From Methylophagaceae bacterium (GTDB lineage Bacteria; Pseudomonadota; Gammaproteobacteria; Nitrosococcales; Methylophagaceae), in NCBI GenBank assembly GCA_965199725.1, contig OZ241321.1, positions 1,433,359-1,497,358 on the forward strand: a stretch of 64,000 bases of DNA, given 5' to 3'. Shown piece by piece: positions 40,213 through 50,741 of this stretch. Made by a program: the position numbers and the translations under genes. How positions within the stretch are numbered: the first letter of the stretch is position 1; each line of letters begins with the position of its first letter. A model generated the notes under the pieces. That model was given only the letters and a program-made list of their open reading frames with translations, did not search any database and was not told the origin of the DNA.

Positions 40213-41022
40213 ATGATTGACAGTAACAAAACAGCTTATGGTCATGAGATAGAAGATGTACAGAATGCCTCTGACAAACGCCAGCTTGCTATTGATAAAG
40301 TGGGCATCAAGGATATTCAGCACCCGATTAAAATCAGTGATCGTTCAAAAGGCGAGCAACACACGATTGCTAATTTCAATATGTATGTCAACTTGCCTCA
40401 CCAATTTAAAGGCACCCATATGTCCCGTTTTGTCGAAATTTTAAACCAATATGAAAGCGAAATAACGGTGACATCGTTTCGTACCATGCTGAGTGAAATG
40501 ACAGCACGTTTGCAGGCTAAGTCAGGGTATATTGAAATGGAGTTTCCTTATTTTATTTGCAAAGAGGCACCTATCAGTAAGGTAAAAAGCCTGATGAACT
40601 ATCAAGCGAGTTTTATCGGTCAGATAAATGGTGATACAACTGATGTTATTGTTAAAGTTGTTATACCAGTTACAAGTTTGTGCCCTTGTTCAAAGCGTAT
40701 TTCAGATTATGGTGCCCATAATCAACGTTCGCATGTCACTATTACGGTGCGTGTTGATAGCTTTATCTGGATTGAAGACTTAATTGATCTGGTTGAAGAA
40801 GAGGCATCATGTGAAATTTTTGGCCTGTTAAAGCGCCCTGATGAAAAGTTTGTTACTGAAAAGGCCTATGATAATCCAAAATTTGTTGAGGATATTGTTC
40901 GTGATATTGCTGCTCGTTTTAATGAAGATGATCGCATTAATGCCTATATTGTTGAATCGGAAAACTTTGAATCAATTCACAACCATTCTGCCTATGCCCT
41001 TATTACCAAGGGTTTTAGCTGA
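40213..41022 (+). CDS. folE2: GTP cyclohydrolase FolE2 (type IB)
   Basis: [18 protein letters not shown] and SLCPCSK motifs. Start taken at MIDSNKT. Confidence 0.8.
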   Translation: MIDSNKTAYGHEIEDVQNASDKRQLAIDKVGIKDIQHPIKISDRSKGEQHTIANFNMYVNLPHQFKGTHMSRFVEILNQYESEITVTSFRTMLSEMTARLQAKSGYIEMEFPYFICKEAPISKVKSLMNYQASFIGQINGDTTDVIVKVVIPVTSLCPCSKRISDYGAHNQRSHVTITVRVDSFIWIEDLIDLVEEEASCEIFGLLKRPDEKFVTEKAYDNPKFVEDIVRDIAARFNEDDRINAYIVESENFESIHNHSAYALITKGFS

Positions 41023-41099
41023 TTAAGGTAAGCTTAGATAACGGATTGTAAAGTGAGGAAAATATGAATGGGGTCTGGTGCAGTGATGCTATTAGCTGA

Positions 41100-41273
41100 T
41101 TTCCTTTCGATTACTTTAATACTGATTCATTTATTAATTATGATAATTATGGTAGTTACCAGCAGATGATAGATAAAATCATAGAACTGGATAACGATGA
41201 TACAAAATACAAATCTTTCCTAGAGCAATCCTACGGTTCATATTTTGATATAGCCGAAAAGAAAGGACAGTGA
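41100..41273 (+). pseudogene. C-terminal remnant of a GT10-like (fucosyltransferase-family) glycosyltransferase
   Basis: A stop-bounded 57-codon frame reads FPFDYFNTDSFINYDNYGSYQQMIDKIIELDNDDTKYKSFLEQ... It resembles the ...FIN..DF..FDE.ID.I..LD.....Y..ML tail of GT10 enzymes. There is no upstream part. Confidence 0.3.
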
Positions 41274-41519
41274 GCATTCGCAAGCAAAATTCGTTTGATT
41301 CTTGACAGATAGATAGTAAGTTTTTTCGTGGGATAGTAATCAGTGAACTGTCTTCATTGGCCTTAGTATATGCAGAGGTATTCGCATGGCTGTATAAAAA
41401 TGACACTGCCTCAGTGACTAAATGATCTTTTCTTAGTATCTGAAAATTTTCTCTTTTTTGTCTTATTTTTAACCACCCATCTAGCAGATAATTCATCAGG
41501 CGAATCACAATGTTTGTAT

Positions 41520-41609
41520 TATGAAAAATTATCGCCGTACGCTTTGCGTCATTATTATGCTGTGCATTTATTGGAAAATGGGTATGATATTCGGACTATT
41601 CAGGGCTAA
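41520..41609 (+). pseudogene. tyrosine recombinase (integrase) box-II fragment
   Basis: Reads ...SPYALRHYYAVHLLENGYDIRTIQG*, which is the H/A-L-R-H...LLE.GYDIRTIQ motif of XerC/IntI-type recombinases. It is cut off before LGH...Y and has no N-terminal part. Confidence 0.5.
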
Positions 41610-41681
41610 AATTTGAATACAGTTTTATCATTATTGTGATAATGCGATTCTAAATAATTTAACAATCCACTAGCGGTATTG

Positions 41682-42800
41682 ATGAAAAATATTAATAAAT
41701 TATGGCGAACCAAAAATTATCTCGCTGCCTTAGCTATTGCATTGATCGCCTTATTTTGGATGAACAGTCGTCCGACAAACAGTCTGGATCATTTGCAAAC
41801 AGGGCCAAGACTATCCGAACCCAATCTGACTAAGGTACAGGTAGCACGCTTACAAACCAAGCCATATCAATTAAAAGTACATCTTAGTGCCAGGACCGAG
41901 CCTAATCGTATAGTTGATCTAAAAGCCGAACTGGAAGGGCGCATTACCCGCTTGCCGCTGGAAAAAGGCAGCATGGTCAAAACTGACGATGTCGTCTGTG
42001 AGCTGGCTATTGAAGATCGGCAACAACGGGTAAATGAAGCTAAATCTGCCTTGCAGCATGCATGGCTAGAGTATGAAGGAGCGCAGCAATTAAATCGCGA
42101 TGGTCTTGGATCAGAAGTGGCCACCGCTGCCAGTCAGGCAAAATTGCAAAGGGCCACGGCCATCTTAGAGAAGGCAAAAGTTGATCTCGCCAATATCAAT
42201 ATTCGTGCTCCTTTCGCTGGCATATTGGATACCCGTCCAGTTGAGTTAGGTGAATACATGCAAAAGGGAGACGTGTGTGCCCGTGTGATTGATCTTAATC
42301 CGATGGTGCTGAAAGGCAGAGTATCGGAAAGCGATGTCATCATGCTTGGCAGCGGCAACACTGCCAAAGCTACACTGCACAGTGGTCAGAAGGTGATCGG
42401 CAGGATTCGTTATATTGGTCGCGAGCCCGATCAGATTACTCGCACTTTTCCGCTAGAAATCACGATTGATAATGCTGGCGGGCAGCTATTAGCAGGCATG
42501 ACTGCTAAGGTGGAACTACCACTGACAGAAATGCCAGCTTATCATGTGCGTTCTTCTTTACTGACACTGGACGATAACGGAAGCCTTGGATTACATATCG
42601 TTGATGAGCAGCAAATCGTCCGCTTTTATCCAGTCACTATTATTGGCAGCGACCATAACGGCATCTGGCTAACCGGTATACCTGATGGCAGTCTCTTGAT
42701 TACGATGGGGCAGGAATACGTTAGTCCTGGAGAGAAAGTAAACTATATGCTTGACCAGCCGCTAGATAATATTTCTGAGATAAATAAGGTGAACAGGTAA
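41682..42800 (+). CDS. RND efflux periplasmic adaptor (membrane fusion protein)
   Basis: About 372 aa. Signal anchor, coiled-coil region and barrel domains, directly upstream of an RND pump gene. Confidence 0.8.
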   Translation: MKNINKLWRTKNYLAALAIALIALFWMNSRPTNSLDHLQTGPRLSEPNLTKVQVARLQTKPYQLKVHLSARTEPNRIVDLKAELEGRITRLPLEKGSMVKTDDVVCELAIEDRQQRVNEAKSALQHAWLEYEGAQQLNRDGLGSEVATAASQAKLQRATAILEKAKVDLANINIRAPFAGILDTRPVELGEYMQKGDVCARVIDLNPMVLKGRVSESDVIMLGSGNTAKATLHSGQKVIGRIRYIGREPDQITRTFPLEITIDNAGGQLLAGMTAKVELPLTEMPAYHVRSSLLTLDDNGSLGLHIVDEQQIVRFYPVTIIGSDHNGIWLTGIPDGSLLITMGQEYVSPGEKVNYMLDQPLDNISEINKVNR

Positions 42801-42807
42801 GTCTTAA

Positions 42808-45800
42808 ATGAGCATTATTCGTACTGCAACTTCCCGCTCACGCAGTATCTTGTCCATTTTTTTGATGATTGTGTTAGTGGGGTTGTTTGCGCGTAACAAC
42901 ATACCTTTGGCGCTCAATCCAGATGTGGCAGTACCAATTGTGGTTATCTCAATATTTCAGGACGGTATTTCCCCGGAAGATGGTGATCGTCTGTTACTCA
43001 GACCCATTGAACAGGAATTACGTAACATTGAAGGGTTGAAAGAAACTAAGGGCACCGCACGTGAATCGATTGCTTACCTGCTGGCTGAGTTTGAATCAGA
43101 GGTGGATATTAACCAGGCTATCATTGATGTGCGTGAGGCAGTAGATCGGGCTAAATCAAAACTGCCACAGGAAGCCGAAGAACCCAATGTAAAAGAAGTA
43201 AATGCTGACGAGTTCCCTGCCATTGTAGTGACATTAAGAGGCGATGTACCAGAGCGCACGCTATTCCAAAATGCACAGACCCTTCAACGTGCGTTTGAAG
43301 ACATTAGTTCTGTGCTGGAAGCAAATATGGTTGGTCATCGTGAGGAAATGGTAGAAATTGTCATTGATCCAGTCAAATTAGAATACTATGGTATTACCAG
43401 TAAGCAGCTTATGAATGCTGTTTTTACCAATAACATGCTGATAGCTGCCGGCGAGTTTGACAATAGCTATGGGCGCTTTTCTATTAAAGCACCTGGTCTG
43501 ATTGAAAGTACCGCTGATGTATATAACATTCCGGTTAAGTCAACCTCTGATGGCGCGATCACTCTAGCAGACATTACCAAGGTTCGTCGTACTTTCAAAG
43601 ACCCATCCAGATTCACTTCAGTAAACGGTGATAATGCCATAGCGATAGAAGTTAAAAAACGTAACGGTGCTAGCCAGATTGAGGTATCGCAAGCAGTACG
43701 TAATATTGTTAATGAACATGCTACCACTATTCCTAAAAATATCATCATTGAATATGTGCTTGACCAATCGCAAGTCACTATGGACATGGTATCGGAGATG
43801 CAGGGCAATATTGTCACTGCTATGGTTTTAGTGATGATCATTGTAGTGGCTGCACTAGGTCTGCGTTCTGGTTTTCTGGTTGGTGTTGGTATACCGTTTT
43901 CTCTGTTATTCTCTATAATCATTCTGTTCTATCAGAATTTTTCGTTTAACGGTATGGTGATGTTTGCCATGATACTGGCGCTAGGCATGCTAATTGATGG
44001 TGTTATTGTTATTACTGAATATGCAGATCGTAAAATGGTCGAAGGCTTAAGCGCTACCAGTGCTTATCAGGCTTCAGTAAAACGCATGTTCTGGCCAGTA
44101 GTTGCATCTACTGCTACTACACTGGCAGCATTTTTACCCTTAATGTTCTGGCCTGGAGTAGCTGGCGACTTTATGGGGTATCTACCTGTTACTGTTTTTA
44201 CTGTGTTGGCAGGTTCGCTACTTTACACATTGTTGTTTGCCCCAGTAGCAGGATCGCTGATAGGTGGTGGCAATAAACAAACGGCTATTAGCCAATATTT
44301 GAGAAAACTGGAAACCGATCCGCCGGAAACTCTTGACGGTATAACCGGCCAATATGCCAGAATGCTTGCCTGGCTGATGCGTGCGCCAATTATCGTTGCT
44401 ATGATTAGTCTGTTTGGCGTATTCATGATCTTTAAGTTTTATGGTCAATATAACAGTGGAATAGCGTTTTTTACTGAAACAGAAGAAAAATACGGTCAGG
44501 TAGCTGTGCGTGCCCAAGGTAATTTATCGGTTAATGAGGTGCGTGATATTATTCAGCAGGTTGAGCAATTAGTGATGTCTGTACCCGGTGTTCTATCTAC
44601 TTATTCATCTTCTGGTACTGACAGCACCCAGAGCGGTGGGCCTCGTCCACCCGCTAAAGATCAGATTGGCACATTGCTGGTTGAACTAGATGAACCTGAA
44701 AATCTGAATAAAACAACACTTGCGGTATTTGCTGACATTAATCAGTACGCCAATGTTATCCCTGGCGTTATTGTCTCTGCCAATCCATTTAGCAATGGAC
44801 CGCCAATTGGCAAACCCATTCAGATACAACTTGCATCTCACAATAAGGATAAACTCAAAGCAGCCACTGCCAAACTATCTCGTTATCTGGCAGAACATGT
44901 TGCCGGCTTGCGTGATGTGACTGACACCACGCCATTGCCCGGGATTGAATGGGAAATGCAGGTTGATCGGACATTGGCAGCCCAAATGGGCACTAATATT
45001 GTGGAAGTGGGGCGCGCGTTACAGCTCTTGACTAATGGTATTAAGCTGGGGGAATATCGTCCTAACGATGCCAACAGAGAAGTTGATATTCGCCTGCGGT
45101 ACCCTGATAGTGAGCGTGGTATGACAGCATTGGATAATTTACGTATTAACACCGAATCTGGCCCAGTGCCAATAGCTAATTTTGTCAAGCGGGTATCTAC
45201 CCACAGAATTGATAAAATCACCCGTGTTAACGGTATTCAGGTCATGAATGTGCGTGCTGATGTACAACCTAGCGTACTTGCTGACAACAAAATCAGGGAA
45301 ATTAAAGCTTGGCTTGCAACAATCAATATTGATCCTGAAGTCACGATTAAGTTTCGTGGTGCCAATGAAGAGCAGGAAAAGTCAAAAGCCTTTCTGTCAG
45401 TTGCTTTCTCACTGGCACTGTTTTTGATGTTTATCATGCTAGTCACTCAATTTAACAGCTTCTATCAGGCGTTACTAATTTTATCATCAGTAGTTATGTC
45501 TATTGCTGGTGTACTGCTGGGGCTGTTATTGACGGGTGGTGTATTCAGCACTATTCTAACTGGTGCAGGCATTGTAGCACTGGCAGGTATCGTGGTTAAC
45601 AATAATATCGTATTGATTGATACTTATAATCACCTAAGCCGATCTGCCACTAAGCTGACACCCGAGCAAATAGCAATAAGAACCTGCGCCCAACGCTTAC
45701 GACCAGTGTTTTTAACCACTTCCACCACCATTTTAGGGCTGATGCCAATGGCAAGCGCTGTCAGTATTGATATTATTAATCGTAATGTTGTAGTGAATGG

Positions 45801-45945
45801 TCTTATTGTGTCTGGTTTTCAACCATTAGCTTCAGCAGTTGTTCATGGCTTGTTATTTGCTACCTTACTGACCCTGATTATCACCCCAGTAATGTTGGTG
45901 TTGCCTAGCCGCATTGTCCGGTTGCTAAAATATGCTGTAAAGTAA
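42808..45945 (+). CDS. RND efflux transporter permease (AcrB family)
   Basis: 1045 aa with the 12-TM plus two large periplasmic loops layout. Confidence 0.88.
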   Translation: MSIIRTATSRSRSILSIFLMIVLVGLFARNNIPLALNPDVAVPIVVISIFQDGISPEDGDRLLLRPIEQELRNIEGLKETKGTARESIAYLLAEFESEVDINQAIIDVREAVDRAKSKLPQEAEEPNVKEVNADEFPAIVVTLRGDVPERTLFQNAQTLQRAFEDISSVLEANMVGHREEMVEIVIDPVKLEYYGITSKQLMNAVFTNNMLIAAGEFDNSYGRFSIKAPGLIESTADVYNIPVKSTSDGAITLADITKVRRTFKDPSRFTSVNGDNAIAIEVKKRNGASQIEVSQAVRNIVNEHATTIPKNIIIEYVLDQSQVTMDMVSEMQGNIVTAMVLVMIIVVAALGLRSGFLVGVGIPFSLLFSIIILFYQNFSFNGMVMFAMILALGMLIDGVIVITEYADRKMVEGLSATSAYQASVKRMFWPVVASTATTLAAFLPLMFWPGVAGDFMGYLPVTVFTVLAGSLLYTLLFAPVAGSLIGGGNKQTAISQYLRKLETDPPETLDGITGQYARMLAWLMRAPIIVAMISLFGVFMIFKFYGQYNSGIAFFTETEEKYGQVAVRAQGNLSVNEVRDIIQQVEQLVMSVPGVLSTYSSSGTDSTQSGGPRPPAKDQIGTLLVELDEPENLNKTTLAVFADINQYANVIPGVIVSANPFSNGPPIGKPIQIQLASHNKDKLKAATAKLSRYLAEHVAGLRDVTDTTPLPGIEWEMQVDRTLAAQMGTNIVEVGRALQLLTNGIKLGEYRPNDANREVDIRLRYPDSERGMTALDNLRINTESGPVPIANFVKRVSTHRIDKITRVNGIQVMNVRADVQPSVLADNKIREIKAWLATINIDPEVTIKFRGANEEQEKSKAFLSVAFSLALFLMFIMLVTQFNSFYQALLILSSVVMSIAGVLLGLLLTGGVFSTILTGAGIVALAGIVVNNNIVLIDTYNHLSRSATKLTPEQIAIRTCAQRLRPVFLTTSTTILGLMPMASAVSIDIINRNVVVNGLIVSGFQPLASAVVHGLLFATLLTLIITPVMLVLPSRIVRLLKYAVK

Positions 45946-46151
45946 ATAGCATGAGCAGCTGGTAACTTGAGCTAAAATTATAATCTCTTTATTGACAGTG
46001 CATGATGTTGGTGTTTATCAAATACATGTTTATTTTTACGACCACGATCAGCTAATCCATGACAGATCCTTAAATAATAAGGCTTAATACTGACTTAACT
46101 ATCGGAAGTTAATAGCGTTACTTAAGACAATTTGGTAACTCTATGGAGAGT

Positions 46152-47162
46152 TTACGGTTGGCACCATTCCGCCAATGTGTTTATCCATGCTGGATGATCA
46201 TTTAAGCAAGGAATAAAGGTAAATGACTTGCCACCCGCTGACTGAAAAATTTCTTGTCCGCCTATCGCGATTTCTTCCAGCGTTTCTAGGCAATCAGTGA
46301 CAAATGCCGGGCAGATAATAAGCAGGTTGCTGACTCCTGAGGTCGCTAATTTGCGTAAGGTATTTTCTGTGCTTGGTTCCAGCCATTTTGCTCTGCCCAG
46401 ACGCGACTGGAAGGCAATGGAATATTGCGATGATTTAAGCCCTGCTTTATCAGCAAAGCAGGCTGTTGTGCGGAATACATGATAGCGATAGCAGCAATTT
46501 TTATGATCATCGTTATCCCCTTGACAGCACATACCCTCTTTAAATTGATAACCGCTTGGATGGTAGTTAGCAAGATGTGATTCAGGCAGGCCGTGATAAC
46601 TGAATAAAATATGATCATAGCGCTTATCAAGGTAAAGCTGGGCACTTTTGACTAAAGCGTGAATATAATCAGGATGATCATAAAAAGGCGGAAAAACGGT
46701 TAAGTTAACGGGCAATTTATGTTTTTTGATAACAATTTGTGCTTCATGAATAGAGGTGGTTACCGTGCTATCAGCATAGTGCGGATAAAGTGGCATGAAT
46801 AAAATCTCGCTTATGTCTTGTTGCTGAGCAAGATGCAACATCTGTTCACCAATGCTTGGCTCACCATAACGCATGGCCATGCCAACGGGCATATCAAGTT
46901 CCGCTTGCAATTTTGTTTGCAGGCGTTTTGATAACACAATCAGGGGTGATCCCTCTTTTGTCCAGATTTTTTTGTATGCCTTAGCGGATTGCGCCGGCCG
47001 AAAGGGTAGCACAAACAAACCAACAATTAACCGCCTTATCAGCCAGGGCAGTTGAATGACATGCCTATCCATTAAAAACTGATTTAAGTAGCGGCGAACA
47101 GCTTTACTATCAGGTTGACAAGGTGAGCCTAAATTAGCTAATAATACTGCGCGTTTGTTCAT
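46152..47162 (-). CDS. hemH: ferrochelatase
   Basis: 336 aa. VLLANLGSP, LYPHYA and LFSYHGLP motifs. Confidence 0.88.
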   Translation of the reverse strand: MNKRAVLLANLGSPCQPDSKAVRRYLNQFLMDRHVIQLPWLIRRLIVGLFVLPFRPAQSAKAYKKIWTKEGSPLIVLSKRLQTKLQAELDMPVGMAMRYGEPSIGEQMLHLAQQQDISEILFMPLYPHYADSTVTTSIHEAQIVIKKHKLPVNLTVFPPFYDHPDYIHALVKSAQLYLDKRYDHILFSYHGLPESHLANYHPSGYQFKEGMCCQGDNDDHKNCCYRYHVFRTTACFADKAGLKSSQYSIAFQSRLGRAKWLEPSTENTLRKLATSGVSNLLIICPAFVTDCLETLEEIAIGGQEIFQSAGGKSFTFIPCLNDHPAWINTLAEWCQP

Positions 47163-47205
47163 GGCGTTATCAGGGTCAATAAAAAGATTAGTTAACCCGA
47201 CACTG

Positions 47206-48621
47206 TTACCTGTGTTTACCCAGCATCATCCGCAAAAGTAAGTGCATCGTTTTGCCATAAGGTGGTTTCATGTATTTAGTGCTGGGGCGTGCTGCTTGCT
47301 GCATGATAGGACGCAATTTTGATAATTCCAAAAACCCTTCATGCGCATGGTATTGACCCATGCCGCTTGTGCCTATACCACCAAAGGGCAAGTCGTGCTG
47401 GGCAACATGCATCATGACATCATTGATACATACACCGCCAGAAAGTATATTGTTAATGATTTTGTCTTGCAATGTTTTATTATGACTGAATAAATATAAA
47501 GCCAGTGGTCTCTCCCTCTGGTTAATAAAGTCAATCACTTCATCAATATTCTGGTAAGTACGAATTGGTAGAATAGGACCAAAAATTTCATCCTGCATCA
47601 TTGTCATGTCAGTATTGCCACCGATCACCAGATAAGGAGGTATTTTTTTCAGATCGGCATCAGCATTATCACCTGATAAATTAATAATTTCAGCACCTTG
47701 CCTGCGCGCATCATCTAGGCCGGCCAGCAGGCGCTCATAGGCTTGTCTATCAATAATTGAAGTAAAATCGTTGTTATGCAACAGATCAGGATAGTGTGCC
47801 AATGCGACGGTTTTGGCATGATCAATAAACGCATCTACTTTATTTTTAGGTACAAATAGATAATCAGGTGCTACGCAGGTTTGTCCAGCGTTATACAGCT
47901 TGCCTTGCAAAATCCTTTCACAGGCAAGCTCTAGATCAAAATCTTCAGCTACAATGCAGGGCGATTTGCCACCCAGTTCCAGTGTAACTGGTGTGAGAAA
48001 TTGTGCTGCTTTTTGCATGACCTGTCGCCCAACTGCGGCAGAACCAGTAAAAACAAGATGATCATAGGGCACATTGGTAAACTCTTTGGCGCTCACCCCG
48101 GGCAAAATGGTAACAGTGTCCTTGTCGAATATCTGGGCAGTGAGCTCGGCTATTAGTCCACATAAAGTTTGCGAGTGGGTGGCCATTTTGATCATTACTC
48201 GATTACCAGCAGCCAGCGCACTGGTCAGCGGACTGATGCACAAAAATAAAGGGTAATTCCACGGCGAGATGATACCTACTAACCCTTTGGGTTGAGGGAA
48301 TACCTTGTTTTTGGCACCGAAAAACCACAAGGATGTTTTGCGTTTTTCTGCTTTCATCCATCGTTTCAAGTGTTTGCGTGTATATTTTATTCCATCAACT
48401 AGGCCAAACAGTTCCAACATTTTGGTTTCATAGACAGAGCGGTTGCCAAAATCCTCATTAATAGCGTCAGCAATAGCTTTACTGTTGTCTTTGAGTAAGT
48501 TTTCCAGTTTTTGCAAATTGGCGTAACGTTCTTGATAATCCGGATAGGGATTAGCAAGATAGGCAGTCTTTTGTAATTGGTAGACTTTTTTAGTTGTAGT
48601 TACCTCAATGATATTTGTCAT
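47206..48621 (-). CDS. NAD(P)-dependent aldehyde dehydrogenase (coniferyl-aldehyde-DH-like, class 3)
   Basis: 471 aa. ELGGKSP, the catalytic Cys region GQTCVAPDY, and EIFGP. Confidence 0.8.
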   Translation of the reverse strand: MTNIIEVTTTKKVYQLQKTAYLANPYPDYQERYANLQKLENLLKDNSKAIADAINEDFGNRSVYETKMLELFGLVDGIKYTRKHLKRWMKAEKRKTSLWFFGAKNKVFPQPKGLVGIISPWNYPLFLCISPLTSALAAGNRVMIKMATHSQTLCGLIAELTAQIFDKDTVTILPGVSAKEFTNVPYDHLVFTGSAAVGRQVMQKAAQFLTPVTLELGGKSPCIVAEDFDLELACERILQGKLYNAGQTCVAPDYLFVPKNKVDAFIDHAKTVALAHYPDLLHNNDFTSIIDRQAYERLLAGLDDARRQGAEIINLSGDNADADLKKIPPYLVIGGNTDMTMMQDEIFGPILPIRTYQNIDEVIDFINQRERPLALYLFSHNKTLQDKIINNILSGGVCINDVMMHVAQHDLPFGGIGTSGMGQYHAHEGFLELSKLRPIMQQAARPSTKYMKPPYGKTMHLLLRMMLGKHR

Positions 48622-48922
48622 TATATTACCTTAGAATGTTTGTTTGAGACAGTTTTACTACGGCAGACAGTCGTTTACGCCAATTTCTTTCAGTTTGGAG
48701 CAGGAATAAATGGTGGCATAATCACCGCTCCAGGTCAACACTATCAACAATTTTGCCTGTCAATGTAAAGATAAACATCTGTAAAAATTACAATGTTTAA
48801 CTTAAATGAGTATTATTTGCATTAATCTATTGAAATATCGTAGAGATAATGACCTACATGCTGATAGCATTAGTGTAGTTCACCATACTGAATGGTTTTT
48901 TACCCAAAAATAGGTAGGTAGC

Positions 48923-49454
48923 ATGAAAAATTTACTTTTGGTTTTATTTACTTATAATTTAGTGTTAGCAGCTGTATCAGTTGCCTTTGCTGACGATCAT
49001 ACTGATAATCGAAATGCGCTAACTGATGTTATCGTAGTTGGCAGTAAGACCGGTACTAACCGTCAGGATTTAGCTACCAGCGTTGGCTATTTTGGCCATG
49101 AACGCCTTGAGGTGGAGCCCATAGTCAACATTGATGATGTGTTTACCCGATCTGCTAATGTCAGTTTGGGTACTGCATCGAATGCACTGGCTTCTATATT
49201 GGTCGATCAGGTTGCTATGGGGGTTAATTAAGGATTTGCAGACATTGCTTTAAGCGGATCAACGTTGGATTTGGCAACAAGGTGGCTGGCAATCGCTTGT
49301 GCCACCACAGCAACTGGCGCGTAAGCAGATTGGTAGCCATATAATTGACAGCGTTAATATTAATGTGTCAGGTGATGATAGTCTTGCTAACAGCTACTTT
49401 TTTGATGCTGAATCCGGTTTTGAGCGCAGCGTTAAGGATAATAGTATACGTTGA
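48923..49454 (+). pseudogene. TonB-dependent receptor remnant (signal peptide plus plug start, then scrambled frames)
   Basis: A 102-aa ORF with a signal peptide and the TonB-box-like TDVIVVGSK ends prematurely. Only about 0.5 kb remains where about 2 kb is expected, and a later frame reads ...INVSGDDSLANSYFFDAESGFERS... Confidence 0.55.
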
Positions 49455-49522
49455 CAGGTTTAACTTAAATAAATAGCTATTACTGATCTTAAGTTTAAGG
49501 TGACGTAATAGCAAGCTTTTTA

Positions 49523-50204
49523 ATGTTAGCTAGAGAGCACATGAACAAAATTTTTAATAATATACTGAAAAGTATTTTTCTGTTATTAGGCCTGCTTATT
49601 GTGTGGCGGTCGCCGGTTAATGGTTGGAGTTCGTTGGTTTGGTTGGCAGGCACTATTATTATGACTGTTATCCGCAAACCTCATATAGAGACCAATACTA
49701 AGAATATTATTGCTCAATCGTATCAAACTACAACCGAAAAACTGTTTGGTTATGGTGTTTGTTGGCTCTCTATTATTACCGCTATTGTAACTTAGTTTTG
49801 GGTTGTTAGGTTTTGCCAATTATGGGTTGCCAATGTAGGCTAATGTAGTGGGCGTAATGGTGCTTATGATTGGGCTATGGCTTTTTACCGTAGTCATCTT
49901 GATCTTGGTCGCAACTAGAGCGTCATGCTTGAAATTCGCAAGGGACATTATTTAGTTAACTCAGGGGTCTATAAACGTATCCGTCATCCTATGTATGCCG
50001 CTATCTTTCTTATTTTTGCTGCTCAAATGCTATTGATTCAAAATTATATTGCCGGCTCGGGCGGTATTCTCACCTTTGCACTGATGTACATCATACGCAT
50101 ACCCAAAGAGGAAGCCAATTATGCGGGCACGTTTTAGTGAAGAATATGCTATCTATTGTCGCCGCACTGGTAGAATCTTGCCGAGGCTTATTGCTTATGA
50201 TTGA
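49523..50204 (+). pseudogene. isoprenylcysteine carboxyl methyltransferase (ICMT/Ste14) family gene with multiple disruptions
   Basis: Family motif LVNSGVYKRIRHPMY...PKEE and tail FSEEYAIYCRRTGRILP are recoverable only by switching frames. In-frame TAG codons at 49793, 49836 and 49916; frame changes near 49790, 49882-49886 (T5) and about 50111-50125. Confidence 0.7.
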
Positions 50205-50741
50205 GTGTAGCATGGTCTTGGGATACTTGTTTGTATTACTATATTTATCAAGGGAGGCTTAAACAAAATCAGATAATTTAATGAACTTTTAGCTTTATTA
50301 TTAGTCTGACATTCGCAACAGGATCCTGTAGTGTATAAAATACTGTTAGATGTTCGTTCTTAATTATTAGGCATGCTAGTTTTTGCTGGATGTGCTAGCA
50401 TGGCAACAAATTTTTATAACAGTCTCTACGGTAAAAGTGTGGCAAGTATGGTGCAGATCTGCTTAGATTTGCAGCAGTATGGGCTTTTACTAGGAATTAG
50501 TTGGCGTTGGTCGGGATAACATCATTACGATTTGAAAGTGAACACGTTTTATATTCTGAGCGTAGTAATGTCAATTATCCACTTGAACTAACTTGTATCG
50601 TTATTGATAATGACCAGAAATACCTATTTTCCTTTTATAAAAGAGTTACCCAATTCACGCTGGCAGTTGGTTGAATAATGTACATGACAGCAGGTTAATT
50701 CATTTATAATCAAGAAATATTAAATAAACGGGGGCTTTCCA

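Noticed and set aside
41179-41508. 109-aa minus-strand ORF in the folE2/RND spacer
   Set aside because: It has no recognisable motif and no convincing RBS. It lies in AT-rich decayed sequence between two plus-strand gene fragments, so it is most likely a chance ORF.
43074-45446. Several antisense or alternative-frame ORFs within the RND pump gene
   Set aside because: All are nested in the AcrB-family CDS and show no independent signals.
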